A stretch of 61,179 nucleotides of DNA, counting the filler, from Hausera hauseri (Eukaryota), in NCBI GenBank assembly GCA_046269625.1. It is 11 parts of 11 records of this genome, joined end to end, with 100 filler letters (N's around TTAATTAATTAA, not from the genome) between each part and the next. Parts side by side here need not be neighbours in the genome. Positions count along the whole stretch, not along the records: positions 51,144 to 55,127 come from JBJURY010839636.1; positions 55,228 to 61,179 come from JBJURY010164198.1; 9 more parts are not named here. One strand, written 5' to 3'. The translations under genes and the position numbers were made by a program. The notes under the pieces are model-generated. The model did not search any database. It was not told the origin of the DNA and saw nothing but the letters and a program-made list of their open reading frames with translations. Position 1 is the first letter of the stretch; each line of letters begins with the position of its first letter. Positions 51,144 through 61,179 of the stretch are shown here, in pieces.

Positions 51144-52675
51144 AGTGGCCTTTGGAGGATTTCTCGTAATCTTCGGGGAACAAATTTAAATTACTAGGAT
51201 CACCATTTATCATCGCTGCGTAGCAGAGATTGTGAGCCATTATGATACTGGAATACAAACTGGATAAATCCAATGTTGCGATGGGATTAGGATAGAATCC
51301 TCGAACAGGTTTAATAATCGTAGCTCCTGTATATTTATAATCAGTGTTTTTTTGGAATAAATGGGCGAATATAATCAACTGACAGCTATTTTCGTATTAG
51401 TTGTGAAAGAACTCTCACTTGCTGACCACGAGTAAGTAAATACGACAATAGAACTCCGGTAACTCTTGCCATTTCAACATGATTTACAACGCACATGAGT
51501 TTATTCATTAATCGAATGACTAAATAGGAATCTTTCGGATTATAGACTGTTAAACGACGGCGAGTTATTTCGTCACCGTTTTGTAAATCTGTGATTATCT
51601 GATATACCACATTTTCTTTTTGTTCTTCAAGAAAAAGGAAAGACACTGAATTCAGCGAGTAACTTCTCAATTTGTGGTCTAACAATATAATCTGTAATAG
51701 GTCTAACTGAACTCGACCGTTGACGTTTATCGACTTATTTATTCGAGCACCCATCTATTTAGATTGTGTTTGAATGTCGCGAACTGTCGATAAAATATCA
51801 TGCAAACGTCCTAGATATGCGGAATTTGTGGCATTTAACTGTTCGACTCTGTTGATCAAATATGAAAGATAGAAATTCTGAATATTGTATCCTGTCAAAA
51901 TGTCGTGATTAACTTCCCGAATGAAAATGGACCATTTTTCTAACAGCTCCTCTTCCGTATCAAATGGCATCACATGTGAGACAACTATCGGTGTACAAGA
52001 TTTTAGGGCAAATATACTGACGTCTTGCCAATCAGCGTCAATCTTAATTTGACAAAGCGAATTCCGTTTGTCCTTAGATCTAACAATACACTTTCCGGTT
52101 TAGATTTCCACGCACCTACCGCCAACAAGTCCGGAATCGGCCATAAATCGAATGGTAAGATCAATATCCGTATCAAGTATCCCCAAGGGCTGGGTTAGGT
52201 ATCCAGGAATTTGTAATCCTTCATCAATAACTCTCTTTGATGTTGCTATTAACGAATGAGTAGTCAGCGTTACTTTCAAATATTTAATTTTTTCTCATTG
52301 TTGTACAAAAATAGATTTCTTTTCATACAGCATTCTGCATTAATATCAAAATCATTAATCCGTTTGGCACTACTCTAACTATTGAAATATGATGCTTTTA
52401 TTTTCATCAAAATTAAACGGGCTTGGACAAGCCCACTTTTCATATTCCTCGCTACCCAGTTCCACAGAAACTTTTCCATCAGTCATTTCGCAGGTATTAT
52501 ATCCCTCGAGTTCATCGGCAAAATCATATCTCGGTTTTTTGAATGACGGTACATTTTTCTGGGCTTTATTTTCAAATGAATTAAATTGCTTTTTCGAAGG
52601 CACCACATTACTTTCCGCCGATTCGGCGATTACAGAACGATAATCCACCGACTTCCATTTTATAGGATACTCCAA
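51144..52675 (-). pseudogene. POLD1: DNA polymerase delta catalytic subunit 5' half, intronless, disrupted, ExoI region deleted
   Basis: [88 protein letters not shown]. Confidence 0.95.
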
Positions 52676-52732
52676 ATTATCACTTTTACCTCACTGAAGA
52701 AATATAATCTGATAAGTTTGCATTTGCTGATA

Positions 52733-52743
52733 TTCGGACACCA
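52733..52743 (-). promoter_or_regulatory. Partial tRNA-Leu PBS-like motif
   Basis: Minus strand ...ATTACA-a-TGGTGTCCGAA (10/11 to TGGTGTCAGAA). Confidence 0.55.
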
Positions 52744-52744
52744 T

Positions 52745-53305
52745 TGTAATTTCGAAACGTTGTAAATAAACTCGTATATAAAGGTTTCCATCGAAGCAAT
52801 AATTAGAATGATCCAACGGCAACAAAATATAAAATTTATATTTTTAAATTTTTTACAAATCAATTTTTTTATATTCTAAATCTACATATTCATATTGTCT
52901 TGCATTAATATATTTCGTCTTTCATTAGAAAAAAACGTGCCATTCGGACCTTTTTCTTGGTTATAAAGTCACGAGAAGCTTAATTAGGAAAACTGAAGTA
53001 AGAATTAGTCTAGTTGATAAATTAGTCTAGTATGATAAATTGACGATAATAACGATGAAGATTGTTGAAAAATCGTTGGTGAGACCAACGAAATGTCATT
53101 CAAATTCGTTGAGAATTTGGAAAAATTAAATGGACTGTCCACTGATTCCGTTTTGGTTTATTGATAGAATCGTTTTCAAATAGCTAACAACAAATAAATT
53201 TAGTCGTTGATTATAGTAAGCATTCATTAAAGAATTAGTAGCACCCATTATGGATTGTGGCGGATTGTAGTGGATTGTGGTGGCACCCGAGCCCGCGGCA
53301 CCACA
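52745..53305 (-). repeat. Candidate complete LTR (~560 bp, TG...CA)
   Basis: Preceded by purine-rich CGGAGGTAA downstream of integrase; starts TGTGGT, ends ATTACA; AATAAA inside. Confidence 0.6.
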
Positions 53306-53604
53306 TTACCTCCGTTACGAAAAAGACACTGTGTTAATGTAACAAGAGTAAAGATACAAAACAGAGAGGTGTAAGCAAATTGTAGCGTCTTTGTATGGAC
53401 AAGACGTTAAATCTTGTCTATATTTTGTTCTCTGCTGTATTTGCTGAAAATGGATGTTTTGTGTTTTTTACTATGTTGTGTGATTGTTTGCTGAGTTGGT
53501 TGATAGGAAGTTAAATTTAGATTTGACGTGTCACCAGCTTGAGAACTAGTCGGTATGTCGTTTAGTGTAGTTTTTTATATTGATGTCGGTTTGAGAAAAG
53601 CAGG

Positions 53605-55127
53605 TTATTGTGGAAGTAGAACAGAAGTAGAATTGAATGAGTCAAGAAAATTTCGCGTAGGCTCAGCTGAGGATTCAGGCGTGTCGTTGACGAAAGGTGC
53701 GGGTTTTACGTTGGTTATGTGCACATTTTGCTGTTTGTCATTTTTGATTATTGTAACTGTGTGTGAACTTAGGTTAAGGACTTTAAATGGTCCTACACAG
53801 TTTGGTTGGAATCCTGCAGGTGAAGGGTTTTTTAACCAAACGAATTTTGCGTTGAATAGTGAATCGGGTAAATATGTTTTATCGCCATCTATTATTTTGC
53901 AAAAAGAGTCCTGGCTTAACTGAACAAAGTTATTTTGTGCTGACCTAATTGTTTCATCAGTTGGTGTGTTGTCCAAATCAATGAGCTCGAAACGTGCGCG
54001 AATTGTAGTACCGAAGAGTGCTTCCGCGGATGCTCAACCGGTGGTAGTAGATGGCGTGTTGCGCCAACCTAGTAAAACAAAAGGAAGGATGGTTGTCCAA
54101 TTCTTATGAGATTCGGTCAGGATTTTAAGCGAGATCTTCAGTCTATATTGATGGAGCGCAAAGGGACGGCTTCAGGCCAACGAGATGTGCGGTCCATCAT
54201 TGTTAAGATGAATTGGTTGCCGTTAACGGAAGGTAATGGGCCAACGATATCTATATGAACTGACTCAAAACGTGATGTGCATGGGAAATGAAATAATGGT
54301 GGTTTAAGATATTTAGCAACTTTGAATTTTTGTCAAGCTACGCATTGCCTAACCCAACTCTGTACATCAGACCTCATTGATGGGAATGTTACGTGGTGTT
54401 TGAGAAGGCGGAATATAGCCTTGGAATCTGGGTGATGCAGAGAATGAACATGTTGAAATGCAGTTTGTTGAAGAGTGGGTGCCAAAATTGGCAAATGTTG
54501 TCCAGGTGTCGAAGTATCCATGGCTATTCCATCGATGATTTGTACGGATTTGTATTGTTTCAGAATTTCATTGGTAGGTGGATTTTGGATTAACTGGTCC
54601 TTTGAGAAAATTGGTGTGACGCTAATTGCACCGACTAAACGTGATAGGAAATCACCTATTAAATTGTCAGTTACTGAAATATAGCAAATTTTTAAGTTGA
54701 ATGTTGAAAGATATGATATATGGCGTTCTTGTCGCAGTGATGGCTGTTTTATGTTCATTACGTGAACGGGACTTTTGTGGTCAGTTTGAATGGTGAAGGA
54801 ACGAGCGATAAGCAAGTGTGAAAAGTGTTTCAGAGCTAAAACGATAGCCAAGAGGTCTCTATCGAAGGTAGAATAGCAGCGTTCTTGTAGCTGCAGCTTG
54901 CGCGAAAAAAATTCTAGTGGTTCATTTATTCCTTGGGATATTTGATGAAAAACCTCTCCTACTGCTGTAGTTGACGCGTTGGTTGTTAAAATGAGTTTAG
55001 CATCAGGTTTTGGGTAGGCTAAAATCTCGACTGTTTTAAGCTTTTCGCGTAGTTCATCGAACTGGTTGACGAGCTCTGGTGTCCAATATATAAGCTTTTT
55101 CTTCGGCCCTGCTCCTAGTTGAGCGAA
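53605..55127 (-). pseudogene. pol: Gypsy pol RNase H and integrase
   Basis: YSTFDRDLLAIV, TDHKSP, HSLHHP, WVRQCVA, HIDIVGPLP, TMMDRTSRWPEA, GPFKV, HITNVKP. Confidence 0.93.
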
Positions 55128-55446
55128 NNNNNNNNNNNNNNNNNNNNNNNNNNNNNNNNNNNNNNNNNNNNTTAATTAATTAANNNNNNNNNNNNNNNNN
55201 NNNNNNNNNNNNNNNNNNNNNNNNNNNACGATAATCGAACCTACTCAAAAACTTCATACGGACTAGAGGTAATAGAAAGATCCACAAAAGTGATAACGAC
55301 GACTACTTCTACAAAAATACCGTCACCTACTTCAGTGTTACCGCGAGAAATAGCGACAAGTCCAAAAGTTGAAATGAAAAAGTTGTTAAAGAACTGGACA
55401 TAACAGTGCAACCAACGACACACTCCCTCATCATTACATTACCGAT

Positions 55447-55896
55447 TTGAAAACAATAAATGTAATATTTGAATGCTTCCTTCACAACAGGATGGTAAAT
55501 GAAGGAGTAATCACATCAGAAGAACCAACATCGGCTTGTTTCTTTTTAAAGGGCGATGCGAATTATAAAATTCTATTCACAGAATTAGACGAAGAAGGGC
55601 AAAGCTTGCAGACTGCTATTCGAATGGAGAAAACTTTGAAACAAATACTTATGATAACTAAAAGTGTTATAAAAACAACTACAATACAGAGTTCTGGAGT
55701 CATTTCAAAAGGATACCTCGAAGTAATCGTTATTGTTTTCGGTACTTCCCTACTATTAATAGTCATGTTGCGCCCCTTAGTACATTATATAAACAAAAGG
55801 CGTAGAATAAATAAGACAAAAATTATATTACAACAACTTAAACTATTAAGGGAAGATCCTCAAAACAATCGAGATATAAATCAACATCCATTTTAA
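55447..55896 (+). CDS. Orphan ORF fragment with one C-terminal transmembrane helix
   Basis: YLEVIVIVFGTSLLLIVML followed by basic KRRR; preceded by a Thr/Ser-rich stretch. Confidence 0.4.
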   Translation: MKTINVIFECFLHNRMVNEGVITSEEPTSACFFLKGDANYKILFTELDEEGQSLQTAIRMEKTLKQILMITKSVIKTTTIQSSGVISKGYLEVIVIVFGTSLLLIVMLRPLVHYINKRRRINKTKIILQQLKLLREDPQNNRDINQHPF

Positions 55897-56172
55897 ACCT
55901 ACCTTGGCCAATATTAATGTACCCTTTTTTAGTCCAAGAAGGACCAGAAACAGATCAGTGCCCAATTCCTTTATAACAGTATTATTGCCAACCTAATGGC
56001 AACAACCCATAAACATTTTTGTTATTTTGGGAAGACCTCTTTAATCCAGAACAACCTAAAAGGACACGCAGTCGGTCAAAGAAGTGACCTCATCATCAAA
56101 CTACCACGTCCCTCAGTCAGATTTTCAGATCTCATGGAACTCTCAAATCGGATACTAGCCGCATACATTTAG

Positions 56173-56935
56173 GTGAATAAAGAAAACATACAAGTGAAGA
56201 GCACAGTTAACCCCAATGGTACGACAGACACCATCGAAATAATCCCACAGATCACGATCCATTTTGATCAAAGATTTTACAGAAACGTCGCAATAACAAT
56301 ACGAACCCTCATTAGTCGTTGTCCATTCATCTACATTGAAATAGCTAAGAGGGAATTCTTCATTCGACCCATCTATCAGATACCCCACTACAGCAAGCCT
56401 ACCCCAAATGACTCTCAGTTGGAAAAACGGATCTCCTTCACCAGATATCCAACAGTACAAAATAATCAAATATTAATTATGGCAATCAATTCCGCCGATT
56501 TGATGAAACCAATCGGGAAGAAAGAAAAAGTCCTGATAGAAATTACTCTCATGGATTTGGACGAAAACGGCATGCTCGACCACATTCTCTGTCCAAGATA
56601 TAGGATTGACAGTTATAATTGTCATATCACTGGCCTAAAAGAAACAGATATAATTAGCTGGACAAACTTCCTGGAAATGGAATCTGAAATCAGAAAACAC
56701 TTGGTCGGAAAAATTATTGTCGGTATGGACGTCTATCATATATTCATCCATACCTATCCCTATAAATATGAAAACCTACTAGGTCTGAGAGACCTTCTCC
56801 ATCACGATTATACCAGTCCTAATGGCAATCAGACAGAAAAGCAACTCCTCTCCAGAAATAATTACCAACGATAAAAGCAAAAGCATCGACGATGTTAAAA
56901 ATTTACAATTCTATCTCCGAATATCGAAATGAGTT
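56173..56935 (+). pseudogene. Degenerate DEDDh (REX4/ISG20-like) exonuclease-fold gene
   Basis: IMAINS..LIEITLMD..LDHIL.P..IDSYNCHITGL..IRKHLVGKIIVG..LRDL; SIDDVK in a shifted frame after the stop. Confidence 0.65.
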
Positions 56936-57432
56936 CATAAATCAAAAACATGATAAAGAAAGTCTGACATGAATAGATACAGGAAAATCTGTGAAAACAC
57001 CGATATTGACGTCCTCTCAGGCAATGGTGTCAATACAGACATCTTTTCAATTGATAGCACCAATCCCGACGCTTTCTCAAAGACCAGTGCCCAACCAGAC
57101 ACTTTCCCTGAGTACAACTTCAATTTAAATGCCCTCTTCAAATGCGGAACCAATCAATTGGCAACCCTTATTATGAGATATTTTATCTACTTCAGATACC
57201 ATAGACCTCACAAAAAGGAATAAAAGAACAAAAAGCACACTTACTTTTAAAAGAAAAATCAAGGAGGACAAGCGGCGGTTGGAATTAGATGCTGCCAGAT
57301 ACTGACGTCTGGACATATCCTTAAAGATCTACCCATTGAAGTCTAGGACGGCTTTGCAGTGTGACGGATATCATTTCAATGGTCGGCTGCGCATCTTGTG
57401 GAGATTTGTTCAGTGAATTACCAGCACGACAC

Positions 57433-57443
57433 TGGTGTCAGAA
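57433..57443 (+). promoter_or_regulatory. Partial tRNA-Leu PBS
   Basis: ACA-c-TGGTGTCAGAA, 11/11 match, fused directly to IPO5 coding sequence. Confidence 0.65.
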
Positions 57444-60410
57444 AAGTCAAGCAGAAAGCACTTATAAGTCCAATGATATCAAAAACAAACTGGAGTTGCT
57501 TTTGAACGTGCTTTCGTCTCAACAATATGATTTAGATGCACAAATATTTGCTGGAATATTCGCCGTCGTTTATTGGATTCGTATTTCAAAGAGGTTTTTT
57601 CAGGTTTACCGAATGAAACCCAAACATTTACCAAACAGAAGCTATTGGAGTGGATCGTAAATGAAAGCCATCCGACAATTCGTAAGAAATTGTCGGAAAT
57701 CACAATTGAAATCGCCAAAGAAGATTTCGATGACAATGGAAATCTATTGTTTCCGGAATTGTTGCAGTTTGTCTTCGACGGTTGTCTCAATTCGACGGGT
57801 GATGGATTGAAAATCATTGGTTTGCAAATTTTCTATGCCTTGCCGAACTTCTTGGGCGAACAATTGGCAACGAATATCGATTTAGATTGTCACATTTTCA
57901 TTACTCCGATGAACCAGACGACCAATGGGGGATTGTTGCAAAATCTGGAGATTCGGTTTTCCAGTGTGAAGACGATTTCATCGTTTATTGTGTCGCAGGT
58001 CGACGAGAACAGTCCATTTCGGCATATGGTTAATATTGTTCCGATGATGTTGCAGACAACGGCAGATTCAATAACGGCAAATCCGACTGATGATGTTGGC
58101 ATAAAGGGGCTAGTGGATCTTGAGGATTCGGCGTAGGAATTTTTGGAATGTCGTACGAGTGATGTTTTGCAATTGTTTGAATACATTGCACATTGGCGAT
58201 GTCGACGATTCACAGAAACATTTGGCCGTGAAAACATTCGTGACATTAACCGAGAACATTCCCGGTGCCGTCAAGAAATTCAGTAATCACATGCAGGGGC
58301 TTATTCATATTTCATTCAAGATACTGACGGAATTCGAGGACCATCCTATATTGGCGACATTGGATGTGGAGGAATATGAGGATGACACGAGCCCGAGTAT
58401 TGTTGCCGAAACGCCATTGGACAGAATGTCAGGTGCGAAGGGCGCGATGCTGCACAGTGCTAAATGGCAGGAAAGATATGGCGGACTGATGGCCATCTAG
58501 TCATTTGCTGAGGGACTGAGTAAAGTTATGGAGGTGATTCTGTGGTCATTAATTGATGAGATTGTCCCACTGTTGAGTGACACTCATCTTCGTGTTCGTT
58601 ATGCTGCATGCAATGCAATTGGTCAGCTATCGGCGAACTTCGTTGATAAATTACAGAAAAGTTTCCATGGAAAAATACTGCCGGCATTGATGTCTGTATT
58701 GGATGACAACTTGTATCCTAGTGCCCAGGCATATGCTGGTGCTGCTATGGTCAATGTCTTTGAATTGACACCAATGAACATTCTCTTTGTCTATCTACCA
58801 ACACTTGCCGAGAAATTGCTGCACGTTCTCCAAAATAAATACAACGAATTTCTACAAACCGGCCGTAAATTAGTTTTGGAACAAATCATCACAACAACAG
58901 CCGCACTTGCCGATTCATCGGGCGAAGAGTTCGCATCGTACTATGATAGTTTCATGCAATTTCTGAAATTTCTCATGCACCAATGCAATAGCGATTCATT
59001 GAGATCATTACGTGGCAAAATCATCAAATATATTTCCCTTATGGGATTGGCCGTTGGTCACGATCGATTTCTCCCCGATGCACAAGACGCTATGCAGTTG
59101 TTATTGAAAACGCAACCTGTCGATGAAGACGATAGTCATGCTAATCCTGTTGACGATCCACAACATAGTTACGTGATCAGTGCGTCGGCACGTATTTGCA
59201 AATTTTTGAGCAAATCGTTTGCTGAACTTCTCAAATTGGTCATGAAATCTGTCCTGAAAACCGTCAGTATCAAACCGGATGTCTGTATGATGTACAAAGA
59301 TGAAGCGGAAGACACTGACAAATACTCGCAAGTCGTGAAACTTGCCGGCAATTAGAATTTTGCAATCCACAGTGTGGACTGGAGGACAGGGCAATAGCAT
59401 GTCAAATGCTTGTTTATTACGCACAGGAATTGTCAGATGCGTTCTATCCGCAAGTGATGCAAGTAGCCAACATAATGATTCAATTGTTGAAGTTTTTTCA
59501 ATGACGAAGTACGCAGTAGTGTAGCAAACATTATGCCATATGTAATTGGCTGCAGTAGTCCATTGGGTCATGTAACCACTCATGAATTGTGGGAGAGAAT
59601 GATCAATTCATTCTTGAGTACAATTCCCAATGAACCGTACAAGACACAAATTGCGGCTATGATGGAGGCATTAGCAGAGGGAATCAAGAAAATGGGAAAG
59701 AAGTCTGTCAGTCCTGAACGAATGCAGTTGTTAATTTACATAATAAACAAACAATTTGATAAGATATTCAAGAATCAGGATAGTCGAATACGGAAGAGGA
59801 AGTCGGATGAGTACGAAGAGGAAGATGAGGAGAATTTGTAGACGGACAGAGATGAACACGACGACATTCTGTATAAATTAGTCGATATCATGCATTTATT
59901 GTTCCCCTCGTATAAGAATAACGCATTGCCGGTATTTGAGTAATTGTTAACAAATGTCATAAAATTGCTCGAAACTGGTAGATCATGGACGGATGTGCAA
60001 TTTCGAATTTGTTTCTGAGATGATCTTATCGAATGTACCGGTCCAGTTAGTTGACGGTACTGTCAGAATTTTCTACCGGTCATGTTTGGTGGACTGAATT
60101 ATGAACTAAAGGAAATTCATCAGGCAACAGTTTAAGGATTTGGTGTATTGATAATGTGTAGAGGACCAGATTACAGTAACATTCGCCGGGCGGCATTGTC
60201 AATTCTTGTTGGTCTAATTGAGACATTGTGTTCACTGGATGAGTTGATCAATATCACAATAGAGAATGCCATCAGAGCATTGACGAAGATCTGTAAATAT
60301 CAACCGGATCGGATACCGTATGATGATCTGAATGGATTCCTCAGTAAATGGATCAATTAGTCACCGACCTGGAAGGATGGGGAAGAAACTCCAACATGTC
60401 ATATGCTATA
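57444..60410 (+). pseudogene. IPO5: Importin-5 (karyopherin beta-3), near full length, intronless and disrupted
   Basis: QAESTY, IRKKLSEI, RVRYAACNAIGQL, GRKLVLEQI, LRGKII..ISLMGLAVG, MQLLLKTQ, DDPQHSYVISA, ENAIRAL. Confidence 0.95.
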
Positions 60411-60931
60411 TGGATACGCTTTGGAACCTATTCAGCAAGAGTACATTACTAAAATGTTAAATAAAGATTCGAAGTATTCAAATATATCCGGTAATACCCC
60501 ATGCACTCTATCAAGTAGAACAAGAGAAGTAAAACAGGAAAGCGCGTCAAAACTTCTTCTGGGTTACAGTATTTTATCGTGAAACGCGGAAGAATATCAT
60601 GCATGAGAATCCAGAGGAAAGAATATATCAAATTTGGTGAAATTCGGCAGACGTCTTACAATCACAGACATTTAGACACAGGTTGATGGAATTTTTGTTG
60701 CAGATTTGCACACACCAGTACAATCATTTTTGCATGTAGACGAATTATTAGTAGCCAATACCAGTATCAATTTTAAAAGACCTTTAAGTTCATAAACTTT
60801 GGATATTATTTTATTACAATTAATATTTGCCACTATTTTCCATGCTGCGCGCTCAAACCTTTTTCAGGCCAAAAAAAACTCTTCCAGCCTTAAACGTACA
60901 CCAACGCTGTTCTTGCATTACTTCACATCAA

Positions 60932-61087
60932 TTTTCCTTTTTGGTTTTCAGCAATAATCAACATATAAAAACATTAAGAGCTCCATTCAACGGCACAGCA
61001 CAGCCCTTATACAACTCTTTGACTTCCTTACTCAACACTTCTGACTTCTACTTCACATATCAAGGTCTTACTATACAAGTAGATAGA
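60932..61087 (+). pseudogene. gag: Ubiquitin-like domain of a fourth Gypsy gag copy, cut by an LTR insertion
   Basis: FSFLVFSNNQHIKTLRAPFNGTAQPLYNSLTSLLNTSDFYFTYQGLTI; upstream 60646-60930 aligns to 28393-28680. Confidence 0.8.
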
Positions 61088-61179
61088 TGTGAGCACATGG
61101 CGTCAGACCCCCGCAGGGAAGAAACAATGTTTAGCGTGGGAAAATTTTCTGGACCGTGGGGAAATTTTAATGTTATGGG
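61088..61179 (+). repeat. Start of an LTR-like element related to 14359-14774
   Basis: TGTGAGCACATGGCGTCAGACCCC vs TGTGAGTACTTGGCGCCAACCCC. Confidence 0.5.

Noticed and set aside
51144-52675. Giant-virus DNA polymerase, making the window an NCLDV genome
   Set aside because: Motifs are those of cellular Pol delta, and no NCLDV core genes are seen
53074-53092. Hairpin tcgttggt-gag-accaacga as a terminator or PBS
   Set aside because: Wrong strand for a PBS, no tRNA match recognised, and only a single occurrence inside the candidate LTR

Overview
This window is not one locus. It is 11 short eukaryotic contigs joined by an artificial 100-bp spacer (44 N + TTAATTAATTAA + 44 N), so only adjacencies within a contig are meaningful. 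Contig 1 (1-6757) looks like teleost DNA: a ~6.1-kb direct-repeat unit, LINE and hAT remnants. The other contigs look like a repeat-rich invertebrate metazoan genome. They contain: (i) five decayed copies of a CsRn1-type Ty3/Gypsy family, four of which show a ubiquitin-like domain upstream of the capsid-like part of Gag (~75 aa ending in R/K-x-RGG where complete); (ii) intronless decayed copies of NAT10, UBA1, POLD1 and IPO5, all co-oriented with those elements, three of which start just after an LTR-like CA end plus a tRNA-Leu primer-binding-site motif; (iii) a contig where a tRNA-Met PBS is followed by RING, zinc-ribbon and BIR-BIR-RING (IAP) genes; (iv) Polinton/Maverick (adintovirus-like) modules, including two protein-primed PolB genes (one still open), penton, a small pVI/pX-like gene, major capsid protein, adenain protease, a probable TIR and orphan ORFs; (v) Tc1 and piggyBac transposons, a second gag family and a degenerate DEDDh exonuclease. 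All calls come from reading motifs by eye; no searches were run.
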